A DNA stretch of 64,000 bases from Callorhinchus milii (Eukaryota). The position numbers and the translations under genes are program-made. Numbering within the stretch: position 1 is the stretch's first letter; each line of letters starts with the position of its first letter. Of the stretch, positions 38,511 to 51,540 are shown in pieces. The DNA lies in the NCBI RefSeq assembly GCF_018977255.1, contig NW_024704743.1, positions 87,794,001-87,858,000 of the forward strand, given 5' to 3'. Below the pieces are notes generated by a model. The model was not told where the DNA came from and ran no database searches. It saw nothing but the letters and a program-made list of their open reading frames with translations.

Positions 38511-39485
38511 AATTGCATGTTAACAAGTTGCTGGCAACAGTAGCTTACTGGTTTTAAGTTCTTGTATGTTGAAGTTTATATATGTGTTGAAGTTTCTTTC
38601 AATGTACTTGAGCTTCTTGCCTGTGTAAAACAGACAATGGGAAAAGTGACATGGAAGAAAAAAGTTCTGATGCAGCGTTGTTTTCTGAGTCTGCAGTTGA
38701 GGTACATTATTGCAATTAATTTACGGATTATGTTAACCATGTGCAGATGCACGTGCACAGAAGGAAATAGAAAATAATTGTTAAAATTACAGCCAATGGG
38801 AAGAGTTACTAAAGTCTGTGTAATTACACAAGTAATTACATAATTAAGAGCACCTGAAAGTACATGGTTTACACAACCTTCAAACTGAGCCAAGTTGTCA
38901 GCGAAGGAATCTCTGAAGTTTCTATATTGTCTCTCAGTGTATGTGGATAGGGAGTGATCTTATCTTAATGTGTCCAGACACAAAATGAAAATGAAAATTG
39001 CTTTTCCTGGCATTCAGTAGATTGGTAATCCTGTTTGTTTTAATTTCCAACTTCCACTTATTGGATCAAACCATGTTTTTCTCTACGAATCAAGCCGTGA
39101 AGACCCAAACTTCATGTACATATGATTAACATGTTGCGATATAAATTTTAAACATTTACAGCAGAAATGATAGCAAAACACACAAATGGTTGGTGAATAG
39201 TGCTTTGAGAAATCTTCCTGACGTGAAAGGTGTTTATATAGGTGCTAAAAGTATATTGTATTCCATCCCTGCTTTGCTCCCCCTGACCTCGTTCAAGGAT
39301 TATCTAAAGACCTACTTCTTTGACCGTGTTTTTGTCATCTTTCCTCTCCCCACCCACTTGCTCTCATCCCCAGCTTGAGTGCCGTCAGGATTCGTAAGTA
39401 CCTTAGGAATCCTCATGACGTGAAAGGTGCTAAATAAATGTAAATTTGTATTGTAAATTTGTATTTTCTATGTATTATATTGAAT

Positions 39486-39975
39486 AACAACAACAACAAT
39501 ATTCCATTTATAAAGCGCCTTTCACGTCAGGAGGACGTCCCAAGGCGCTGCACAGTTGGGTCATGACCCGAGCAGGGGGGAAATGGTCAGGGTGAGGGAA
39601 GGGAGGGAGCAAGGAGGGGGGAAATGGTCAGGGTGAGGGGAGGGAAGGGAGGGAGCGAGGAGGGGGAAGAGAGTCGAGAGGGGAGCTGAAGGCACGGTCA
39701 AAGAGAAAGGTTTTGAGACCGGCCTTGAAGGAGGAAAGGGAGGAAGCGGCGAAGGCATTGGGGATGGAGTTCCAGAGCCTGGGGCTGAGAGGCTGAAGGC
39801 CCGACCACCGATGGTAGGGCGGTTGGGGCGGGGGACGTGGAGCAGACCAGAGCCAGAGGAACGGAGGGTACGGGCAGGTGGGTAGGGGGATAGTAGGTTG
39901 GAGAGGTAGGAGGGAGCAAGGCCGTGAATGGCCTTGTAGGTGAGGATGAGGATCTTGAAATCAATCCTCTGGGGA
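39486..39975 (-). mobile_element. Young L2 3' end with (TTG)n tail
   Basis: Reverse-complement twin of 34692-35105, extending further 5' (IDFKILIL..). Confidence 0.92.
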
Positions 39976-40249
39976 ATAAGACTTAAAGTAACATTTTACT
40001 ACAATAAACTCAGCCTAGTCAGCTCTGCATTTTTCTCAGCCACGATTGTTTCAGTTTTGCAACAAACTGTTACGATCATTGAGTTGATGGTGCTGAGAAA
40101 TTAAACGTATTCTTGATACTCAGAGAGTAAAACGCCCTCTGTAATATCCCCAAAATACTTTTAGCCTAAGCCTCAGAATGCAAAGTATTGTACAAGTGTG
40201 AATTTTCCATTTTGTACACCAGCCATCCTTGTGTCCTCTGTCTGAAACT

Positions 40250-40567
40250 GGAGTCCTGTAGCTCAGTGGTTAGAGCACTCGCTTTGCAAGAGAGAGACCT
40301 GAGTTCAATTCCAGGCAGGGCGAAACCTTGGACAAGTTTCCTTACTCCACACAGAGCCTAATAATAATCCCTCCAAAACAAAACAATAATAAATTGGTCA
40401 TTTTCAATCCACGACTGTTTAAGGGACATTGCTGTGCGCAATTGGCTACCGAGTTCGCCCACAAATATACAGTCAATTCACTTTACAGTATATTCTGTGA
40501 AGCGCTTTGGGACGTCTAGAAGACGTGAAAAGCGCTATAACAAATGCAAGGATTATTATTATTATTA
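40250..40567 (+). mobile_element. Full-length young tRNA-derived SINE
   Basis: Complete head, body and (att)n tail. Confidence 0.95.
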
Positions 40568-43129
40568 ACGTAACCTCAATTAGTGTTGAAATGTGGCCAA
40601 TTTTATGCTGTGTACATGTTTATAGTAGAAGCAGTGTTTAGACTGCCCAAACTCATTTCTTTCGGGACTTGTGTAGTCAGCCCAGAAACTGAAATTTTTG
40701 TCCTCTCAGACTGGTTATGAAGCCAGGTTCCAGAGGTGAAAGGATAGTGCACCACACGATGTCTGTGACCTTCATTTGTAATTGAGACTTGAGGTTAAAA
40801 ACAGATTTAATCTTTAATTGGAACAAAAACACTGAGAGAAAAATTCCATTGTCTGTCGATAAGACTCCACACTGTGAGGGACGATCAATCTCACAATAGA
40901 ACAGACGGAAATGCAAGCATAATTTAACAATTACTGCTATCTGCAAAATGACTAGTCAATATTCTGAAGCTGGCAGTGAGGAAAAATGCATAGTGACAAC
41001 TATCAAATTTAAAATTAGAATAAAAATATTGTTAAAAAAGGATCGAGAAATTCTGCTGCCTATTGTACAACATTGTGCATATGATCAATCACTCTACACC
41101 CTGTAATGTTTTAGTACAAACTTCATAGGAAACCATGAAGTAAGTTAATTTAAAAATCAGTTCTAGGCCCATGGTCTTGACAGTCCTGATGTATATTCTA
41201 ATGACTCTGGCTGGATTTTTCATTCCTATATCTAGAAATACAGTATGCATGTAAGAGTTGTCTTAGCTGCATGCATAAATACAGCTTACATTGGTGTAAC
41301 TGAAAGCTTGCCAACATAAACGCGCACGCAGATGTATTCAGTGCACATGAACTTTTCCTTGAAACCCCCTGCACCTGTGTAAACAGAAAAGTATTTCCAA
41401 GCAGTACCACTGCAGCTGCAATGACAGACCAGCAGAAAGCCGAGGAGAGATCCTTCAAGCCAAGCTATTAGGAATCAGTCTGTTTCTCTACGACTCTATG
41501 AAAATAAATCACTAAATATAGCTGCAGCATTCTTCAAGCTTGCTGCTACAAGGGCACGTGGTTTTACAATTAATCAGCCTCTACTAAAGGAGTACATTTG
41601 TGAACATTTTATTGACACATTTTCATCTGCGTGTCTCGTCACAGGTGTCAGTGCCATTTAGCTACAGTGCCCTGGAGGTTTCATTGCACAGAATCTTATT
41701 AGACTTCAATTAAAGGACACATATCTGCCAAAGAGATAGGAGAGCATTTATTTCTTGATGACTATTAAGTTGTGCCACAGGGCTCTCATCAGCAGAATAT
41801 TTTTTCTCTCAGTTGGTTTTTAAATTTGTTCAACCAATGTATGGAATAATCAAAACAAAACCCCAATAATTTAGTTTCCCCCTTATTAAATCTTTATCTC
41901 CTAACAAGAATATTTCCTAGGAATCGAACCTGCTGAATACAAGTGATATGAACCCATAAAATATGTTAAACTTGCTGCATTATCGATCAACATGCCAACT
42001 ATCTCCTCAACCGTAATTATAACAGCTTGAAGGTTCAAGGAAATTCCCAAACGATTGCCAACGCATGCACACAATAATAATGAACTATCTGTGGATCTTT
42101 GGTGCAAGGCTTGTTCTCAATTTTAATAAAATAATTCATGCCACTGATCCTTCTATCTTCTTCTCCCCTTGGGTCTTCAGATCGTTTGACATTCACTATT
42201 GTTGTCATCAGATCACTTGAAAGATGAGCACTCCATTGCAGGACGTGCTGTGGGAGACTGATGCCTTTCAAAGGGAATATCAAAGATTTGAGGTTCAAAA
42301 CGGCTCCAGTCATTTATGGCAGTAGAAAGGTAGACATGTGTAAATGAGGAGAGAATATCAGGAGTTGAAGCGAACAAATAATGGAGTCTAATTGAAAAAA
42401 TTAACAAAAGAATTTTTAAATGGCACATCCCAGATGTGTTGCTCTATACCCTCTGCAGACGCGATCAGATGCTGATCTTAGTTTTGACTTCGGCATCAAG
42501 TGCAGTTCCAGCTCGGCTGCGACACATTCAAGTCTCCCTATTGATAAATGTTGTTGCAAATCTTGTAAATTAGACCCCAACTAGTCCAATTTAGCACAAC
42601 TCCCAGTTTGTCCTCCCCAGAATCAAAAGAAAATTGTTTGTGAAATCATTGTGTCTGTCCCAAACCCTATTTATGTGGAATGTTAGAGTCTGCGTGGGAA
42701 CAGTTTGTAGCTATGTGTTTTGTGGAGCCAGCCAGTCTTCCTTCTGAATTGTGTTCTTTCTTTGATCTTAGCTTGTATTTGTTAAAGCTACTTTGTTCTT
42801 CTGTGTTCCCTTTAGGACATTGCTCTCAATTGAAGAGGCTATTTGGATATTTGAATACGCATAATACTATAACTTGTTGTAGTTGGGAGAATGTGATATC
42901 TGTACAGGTGTCCATATAATCCAACAAAGGAATATTTTAGGGGTTTGTGAACGCCAAAGGCTAGGAGCAGTACAAAGGGGTCTGAAAAGAGAACAATCAG
43001 TGTTCGCCAACAAACAAGACACAGTCAATGCACTTTACAATATATCATGTGAAGACACTATACCAAATGCAAGGATTATTATTGAAACATTTAGTTCCAT
43101 AATCAGTTCAGGTACAGCTGAGCTGCCTG

Positions 43130-43390
43130 CAATTCAGCATCTCAGTCCCTACACTCTGGAATTCTATACCGCAATCCCTCCGTCTCATACCCTCGCTTGC
43201 CTCCTTCAAGTCCCGTCTAAAGACTTTCCTCTTCGACCATGCCTTTGGCCACCCTCTCACCTCCACCCGCCCTACTCTCCACTCCTCCTGACCCAATTGC
43301 CAGCTCGGGTCTCAAGCCTTTGATTGTGCAGCGCCCTGGGACATCTTTCTGACTTGAAGGGCACTATAGAGGTATAATTTGTTGTCGTAA
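43130..43390 (+). mobile_element. L2 3' end, degraded
   Basis: ctctggaattc...ccttcaagtcccgtctaaagactttcctcttcgacc...gcagcgccctgggacatc. Confidence 0.7.
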
Positions 43391-45499
43391 TCCAGCCCAA
43401 AAAGAGGCATTGTTTATCTAGTGACAAACTAACTGAAAAAATCAGGCTTGGTACTTATTGAAATTACTGGACTCTTTTTGATTTTTGTTCTGTTCTTTGT
43501 AGCTGTGTAAGCATCGGAAAAGAAAGATGTACTTTAAACCACTAGTCTGTTAACTTTTCTCATTACTACACTTCAAAGTATTAACAAAAGGTAAGAGAAA
43601 GAGACAAGTTCTCAGTCAGGACTATGCTGCTTCTTTGCGGTGAGGGAGATGTAGATGTGCATCTTGTTAATTGCACATAGTAAGTATACTGGGATGGTTT
43701 GCAGATTGTTCTAGATTAGTATAAGAGGGGTATATCATAATATGGCTTTCAGGTTAAAGGATGGGAAGGTGGATAACCTGGAATGATGAGATCAAATAGG
43801 ACTAAGTGCCATCTCTTGTGATCTTGTGTTTGATTTTTACTGAGGAATATGTGGTAAGAGAAGGGAGTTTTTTTTGTGTTCTGGCCAACAACCCCCCAAA
43901 TAAAATTGGTCACTCACTCCATGGTTGTTTATAGAATTTTTTGTGCATAAATTAGCATTTGCCCAAAAAACACACACAGTAAAACCACTATGCAGTATAT
44001 CCTATGAAACACTTTCAGACGTCTCGACAACACGATAAGGTGCTATATCAAATGTAAGAATTATTATTAATACTTTTTTAGAAAGTAAACATTTCAGCCC
44101 AGATCACATCTGTAAGAAGGATTACAAAGAGAGTGAACAGGAGATGTCAGCTTGGCAAGGACAGGGGTAAATGGTACAGTGGAGATTTTACCTAATATCA
44201 CGTGTCTAGCAGTAGTTTCCACATATTTACTCCAGATCACTGATGATGTGATCATGAAATGTACAAATTTAAAATGACCTCTTTGGAGGGAATGTTCTGC
44301 TCCTTTATTGCTAATGTGGTGAACTTAGAATCTACAGGGTTACTCCTACAAAATAATTTTAAAAATATTCACAAGTGATTCACTAGTGTCCCAATAGTCC
44401 AGATAAAGGAAAGTCTTTTGAAATTGTGTTGTAAATAAGAAAATTCATTAGATCATGATCAAATTGAGGTTTCCTTAAGAAATCAACATGCCTTTTGTAA
44501 CTAAACTACAAACACTGAAATTCTACAGGAGGTCGATCATCACCTGAAAGAAGAAAATAGCTTAGATCAGCCGGGTGTCTGACACATGCAGACACCCATC
44601 ACTGTGCTTAAGAGCATCCAAATCAGTATGAGAGTTCCACATATGAATATCACTTACACATGGAAATTTCCCTGCATCTGGAATGCAATGCACGTTCTTC
44701 CTCTGGAGGGGAAATTAGGTTAGTGGTGTGGCTTGGATCGTTCTGAAAAAGTCTTCATCAGAACATAAATGGTTTAAGGTCTCATTCAAAGGAAAATACC
44801 TGCAACAATACCTTCTCCCCCAGCACGGCACTGGAATGTCAATCTAGACTATGGGCTCCAGCTCAAAGCTCTGATGTGGGGCTTGAATCCACAACATTCT
44901 GACTTCCGAGGCAACTCACAACATTAGCCACTGAGTTAGGCTGAAATAGCTGCCACTGTTTGGGAGCATGGCTTTTATTTTATAAGCAGAATAAATATAC
45001 TGTACAGTATTTAAGAAGACTTTTCAGATTTTCTAATATAACTGATGAGCCCAAAAATAAAACACGGGATAGAACAATTTGCAGTTATGTTTATTTTATA
45101 ATACTGCCCCAAACTCCACTGTTGGAAATAGAGGACAAAAGTAAATATTCTCACATTTGACTGGATTTTACATTCAGACAGTTTCCTGCCCGCACAGATG
45201 CACCAGTGAGAAAGGTCCTAATCCTTTGCTGGGAATTGGACGCTCATACTATCAAGGTCAGTAAAGTTACTGAAGATCGGAGAATCAGCACCCCATATTT
45301 TTAAGTTGTAATGGGTTTTGTTGCTGCAGCTCTGCCTCACAATGACCTGATGGATATTAAAACTGCTAGCAGGATGTGTCCCTCCAGGGAGAGAGTGCGC
45401 ATTCAATTCCAACAATCTATCTCTGGAATTTTCATGTGTAGTTGGGATGCATGGATTTCTTAGTTTGGTTTGGATACTCTTAAGTACGGTGAAGGATTT

Positions 45500-47100
45500 T
45501 TTTTCATAGATTCATAGAATGTTACGGTACAGAAGGAGGCCATTCGGCCCATCGAGTCTGTGCCGGCTCTTTGACAGAGCAAGTCACTTTCACTAACCCC
45601 AATCACCAGCTTTCTCCCCATAACCCTGCAAACCCGTCTTCCCCAGATACCTATCCAGTTCTCTCTTAAAAGCTGTTATTGAATCAGACTTCACTACCCT
45701 TTCAGGCAGATCATTCCAAATTCGAACAACTCGCTGAGTGAAAACATTTCTTCTAACCTCCCCTCTGCTTCTTTTGGTAGATATCTTAAGACTGTGACCA
45801 CGAGTCACAGACACACCTACCAGCGGAAACAGCTTTTCCCTATCTAGCCTGTCGAAACTTTTCATGATCTTGAAGACCCCTATCAGGTCCCCGCGTAACC
45901 TTCTCTGCTCTAATGGGAAAAGTCCTAACTTCTCCAGCCTGTCCTCATAGCTAAGGTTCCTCATTCCTGGTATCATTCTCGTGAATCTCCTCTGCACCCT
46001 TTCCAGTGTCTTAATGTCTTCCTGAGGTAAGGTGCCCAGAACTGGACACAGTACTCCAGCTGAGGCCTAACCAGTGTTTTGTATAGATTAACCATAACCT
46101 CCCTACTCTTATACTCTATGCCCCTACTAATAAAGCTCAGTACACCAAATGCCTTTTTTACTGCCTTATCTACCTGCCCCGCAATCTTTAATGATTCGCT
46201 TACTTGAACACCCAGATCTCTCTGTACGTTCACCCCCCTTAAGATTGAGCTACCAAGTCTATATTGCCTCCTATCATTTTTCCTACCTAAGTGTATCACC
46301 TCACACTTATCCACATTGAAATCCATCTGCCACATGTCAGCCCATTCCACCATTCTGTGTATGTCTGCTTGCAGTTGGTTACAGTCCTCCTCACTATTTA
46401 CTACCCTACCTAACTTTGTATCATCTGCAAACTTGGAAATAGTGCTCTCTATGCCCAAGTCCAGATCATTAATATATATTAGAAAGAGCAGTGGTCCCAA
46501 TACCGATCCCTGGGGGACACTGCTGCACACCTCCTTCCATTTCGAGAAACACCCATTAACCACCTCCCTCTGCTTTCTGTCACTCAGCCAGTTCTTAATC
46601 CAAACTGCCACTGTCTCCTTAATACCCTGGGCCTCTAATTTTTGTATAATCTCTTATGCGGTACTGTGTCAAAAGCCTTTTTGAAATCCATGTAAATAAC
46701 GTCCACCGCATTTCCCTCATCAACCCTCGCAGTCACCTCTTCAAAAAATTCTATTAGATTTGTTAGGCAAGATTTGCCTTTAACAAATCCATGTTGGCTG
46801 TCTCTAATTACCTCATGTTCCTCTAAGTAGAGATTTATTCTGTCCCGGATTATGGTCTCCAGTAGTTTTCCTGTTACCAAAGTTAACTGACTGACTGACT
46901 GGCCCGTAATTTCCGGGTTTGTCTTTCTTCCCCTTTTTGTAGAGGGGGGTAACATTAGCCACTCTCCAGTCTCTTGGCACCACTCCTGTGTCCAATGAAG
47001 ATTGAAATATAATGGCCAAAGCCTCCACTATTTGAACCCGTATCTCCCACAGCAACCTTGGATGAAACCCATCTGGTCCTGGTCACTTATCAATTTTGAG
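45500..47100 (-). mobile_element. Young 5'-truncated CR1 LINE (RT domain, 3' UTR and ATTCTATG-type tail)
   Basis: YMDFKKAFDTVPH, VPQGSVLGP, KFADDTKL, VRPQLEYC and TRGHSLK..FTQRVVRIWN across four frameshifted ORFs; tail tcatagattcatagaat; candidate TSD ggattt. Confidence 0.95.
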
Positions 47101-47111
47101 CCCAGTCTTGA

Positions 47112-47172
47112 AACACATGCAGAAATCCCAATTATGTTCTATCAGAAAATAATTGGGATTTCTGCATGTGTT
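47112..47172. repeat. Palindrome with 29-bp arms (1 mismatch) and a 3-nt loop
   Basis: aacacatgcagaaatcccaattatgttct-atc-agaaaataattgggatttctgcatgtgtt. Confidence 0.9.
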
Positions 47173-49019
47173 GTGCTGACCCCTCAAAATAAAACTGCTG
47201 TGTGATTAATAGCAAATGAAGAATAAGCTGTCAACAGACCTTAGCCGATTAATGGCTGTTTCACCCAACTTTATTCTGATTTTACTTCTTTATACAGAAA
47301 GCACTGTAATACAGCAGGTTTAGTTAAAAATGGAAATGTATCAAAACTAAACACTGAGGATCAGATCTGCACATTAAATGAGTAAGTTGACTTTCTCCAG
47401 TGGCTACGGAATTTAGAATTCCAAAGTCTGCCTGTTTCAGGTGTACGTGAACGATCCCATGGTACTGTTTAAAATGAGAATGAGAGTGTCCTGGTCAACA
47501 CTTATCTGGGTAAAATATTGGTCATCTACTTCAAGACTAGTTACGACTGCAGGTTTAATTTCTTTATGAGTTATTTGTGCCATGAAGTTGAAGGCTTTTA
47601 CTACCATTGATATAATAATAAGAATCCTGGCATTTGATATAGTGCCTTTCATGTCAACAAAACATCTCAAAGCGTTTCACAGGATTTACTGTGATGTCAA
47701 TTTGCACACATTATTAAAATGAAAGAAACATTGTCCTCTCCATTTTGGATGCTGATGGTGAGACAATGTAGTGACTAATCACTCAGTACATGGATAATTT
47801 TCAGAAGACTCTCCCTGTTCTATCAGAACATAATTGGAAAAAGTTAAGTAATGCCCCTGCAAACAACTGTCTCCTGGAAGTTAAGAACATAAGAAGGAAT
47901 GAAACAATAAATTGCCTGAATTTTATCCCACCTGCTCTGCCTCTTATAGGAAAATGCAACATAGAGACTCCTAAAGCTCAGGGTTATTTGGTTTATTTGA
48001 CAGGTCTATGCCGATACTCTGAAAGAAATTATTTCATCTTGCTCCCCTTTCTTTCTCCATAGATTTTCATGCTTTTCCTTTTATAATGTATAATATTGTG
48101 TTATAATATTGCACATTAGTAAGAACTGTTAAACATATTACTTACTGATAGTTTAAAAGTCTTGCAAAATAAATTCATTAAGTGATTTGAAAACTGCAAT
48201 ATATTCCTTGACAGCACAATATCTCATACTGAATTAAAAGTGCCTTGAATTAGATAACCGTTTTAAATTTTATCAATTTATTCCAATTGCTTGTTAATAT
48301 GACCCTAGTGTTTGGGATGCAATTGAAAGTAATTTGATTTCATCTTCCGAATTTGCAGACATTAATGGCCGCCTCATTAATCACAGCATTCTTGTTGAGA
48401 TCACATAGTCTGCGTAAAGTTCCTTTTTACCAAAATGAAGACTGTCAAGAGAGAAAAGTGGGGCATCTGCTTGCAGCTGGAAATTCCAGCCTTCGTTTGG
48501 AGTAAAAAAGCAGAAAATGTTTATAACATTCATAATTGTCCCATAAGCTCAATTGTGTCACAACAGATACAAAGCAACAGAATCTTCTAAAATGAGATAT
48601 GTGCTTGCGGGCACATGAATGTTTTATTTGCACTGCAATGTGGCTCATATTTTTGGCAATATTAAACATTGGATGGAAACTGGGCAGGGTATACATTTGT
48701 GCATTTGCAGAGAAAGCTTGAGGCTGGATCTAGAACTCAGATATTTCTGCATCCTGCACTGAGCAAAGCCAATATTTTCTACAAAGTTTCAAGTGTTACC
48801 GGCAAGCTTGGAACTTGAAAAGCTAAACACAGTCGGACAGCTGGATGGCCCAATGGTTACAGTCGCGTGGGCTTATTTGGAACTCTTGCCAACATATGTC
48901 TATTACTTTCCGGGATTAGGTGAGCAAAGTGCATTTTCTGGGGGGAGAGAGCACACTCCATACTCCACACAAGCAAAAATTTCCAGACATAAGTGGTCTC
49001 CTTAATAAAAAAAATCCCT

Positions 49020-49350
49020 CTCTGAAGGGCTCTGATGGTGTAAATAGTAGTTGATTATTTTCACATAGGGAAACTAATGAAAGGCCACAAATTTAAGATA
49101 ATTATAAAATAAACGAAATAGTTAAAGAATAATTCTTTATTCTGAGAGAGGTTGTAATGTTGAATTCTCTACCCCAAACCAGTTTTGAAGCGACAGCCAA
49201 TAATTATTTTAAAAGGTATTTAAAAAGGAGCAGTAATAAAAGGAGATAGCAAGAAAGTATGTTTCAATAAATGGCTCACACAGATAAGGACACCAGCACA
49301 GACTTGATGGGCCGAATGGTCTGTTTCTGTGCTATAATGTTTTCTGATTG
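49020..49350 (+). mobile_element. CR1 3' remnant
   Basis: aaggccacaaatttaagataa..., gacttgatgggccgaatggtctgtttctgtgct. Confidence 0.65.
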
Positions 49351-50429
49351 TATGGAGTTATTTACAGTATACTTATGTGAAAAACTAACTAAAAAGTTCC
49401 ACATCTATTTTCCAGCAAGCCAGTGGTGTATTACGTCAATGCATCATAACCAGATTATATCTATTAATTACTGCTGTACAACGTGTATGTTGTGCATTAA
49501 AAATAAATCTGCAGAAATCTATGCGAAAATTGAAAATCATTTTAAACTTCAATAAGCTCAAATCAGAAGTTACTTACCCTTTATAATCCATACATTGCCT
49601 CAAGGCAATAGTCTAACAGGATTTGATTACGTATACTAAATACTGTTGAATGTTGTATATTTTTTCATTATTTTTAAAATTGTGCAATTACGTAATATTT
49701 TATTTAATGTATATGAATAGGTTCTTCAGTAGGATCTTCTAAATTTAAAATTTTAAAAACTTCTGGGATTTAAAATTAAAAGTATTCCAAATTTTAAGAA
49801 AAGATTTCTATGAGTTGACACAGCCCACTATTATTTCAATTTTCTTACCTCTAAAAAATCCCGTATATTTTAATTTATCACTAACCTCCTGGCTATACAC
49901 TTTGTCAGAACCTCTGCATCAGATAAATGTACTTCCACATGAAACCCTTCAACAAAAAGCCTGAGTATTGGGGTTTTGTAAAAGTCTTGCAATGAATAAT
50001 TCACAGGTAATGGCCTTTATGATCTGTCTCATTGTCAAAAGGTCTGCTTAACAGATAAAGCTGCTAGTGCACTTCAAACCTTCACAATAAACAGATACAC
50101 ACTTTCTACTTTGAAAAATATAATTTTTTTCCTCCATTTGAAGAAGTAATTCACAGTGCCATACACACTCACATCATATAATACAATGGATACAAATACA
50201 CATTGCACACTTATACGAAAGTGAACAATTGGCTTTGTTATGATATATGTTATGCAAATGTAATGTAGAACTAACTGGAATGGAGCACTTATTCTGATGG
50301 CTAAGGGAACAGAGGCCCTGGAAGCAATGCAGAGAACAATTAGGCTGCACCATTGTGTTAGTGGAACGAGTTACGAGAATGAATAGCTGAGCTAGATGAC
50401 CCTGTGGAAGCATATAAAATGCTTTCAGT

Positions 50430-50740
50430 TGTCAGTCAGGATCAGTTGGTAGTTTGCTGGCCTCTGTTTCAGAGTTGTACGTTCAAGCACCAGGTTGGGA
50501 CTTTGAGCTCATAGGTTAGGCTGTCAATCAAATGCAACGCTAGGGGAACACTGCCTAGTTCAGAGGTCCTATCCTTGGAATGAAATGTTCAACCAAGGTG
50601 CTGTTTGCCTATTCAGGAGGATGGTAAACATCCCATGGCCCTATTCAAAAAGAGAAAGAATTGGTGAACTGACCAACAATCCCCCAGAAAAAAAATTATC
50701 ATTCACTTCATGGCTCTTTGTGGGTCATTGCGGTACATAA
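50430..50740 (+). mobile_element. Old Deu-SINE
   Basis: Degenerate tRNA head, cagaggtcctatccttggaatgaaatgttcaacc, catcccatggccctattcaa. Confidence 0.7.
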
Positions 50741-51144
50741 TGCACAATTGCAGTAAGATCTGTAAATTGCTATTAGAAGTTTTAATGATGTAATGAGCTG
50801 CTGTATCAAATTTTGGAATAATTATATAAACAGGATGGGAAAAAAACCTGGAACAATACTTTAGATACACCAAAGCAGCAGGACAATATGGATCACATTT
50901 GGGGTTGCAATAGGTTGCAAATTTAAGACAGACACCGGAAATGTTTCTTTACAAAAGATAATCAACAGCTGGGAAAGTTTATCAGAAAGTATTGTTGATG
51001 CCAGTCAGGATGCTAGACTCACTTAGGAAGTAGTATGTAATCCATTGTAGATAAAATGTAATTTCTCCTGGTGTCCTGGTCAATAAACCTCCAAATGTGG
51101 AACATTGTTATAACAAATTACCTGCTGCATTCCCCTACAAATAT

Positions 51145-51540
51145 AACAACCACAACAACGATAACAACTTGCACTTATATAGCTCCCTCCATGCAGGGTA
51201 GGGTCTCAGAGCGCTTAACAGTGGCGGAGCCTGACTCTGAGCCGGGGGAGGGGAAGTCACCGTAAGCAGTCGAACAGGAAAATCTTCAGGCGGGTCTTGA
51301 AAAGGGGGAGAGAGGGGGCAAGGCGAAGGGAAAGAGGGAGAATGTTCCAGAGTTTTGGCGAGTAGTAGCTGAAAGCACACCTTCGATGGTGGGGTGGAGG
51401 GTGCGAGGGAAGACCAGGAGGCCGGTGCCAGTCGAGCGGAGCCGCCGGGTGGTGGATTGGGGAGTGAGGAGGTCAGAGAGGTAGGGAGGTGCCAGTGTGT
51501 GAACAGATTTGAACACGAGAGTGAAGATCTTGAAGTCGAA
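51145..51540 (-). mobile_element. L2 3' end (second subfamily)
   Basis: FDFKIFTLVFKSVHTLAPPYLSDLL..RRLRSTGTGLL; tail matches 58980-59045. Confidence 0.88.
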
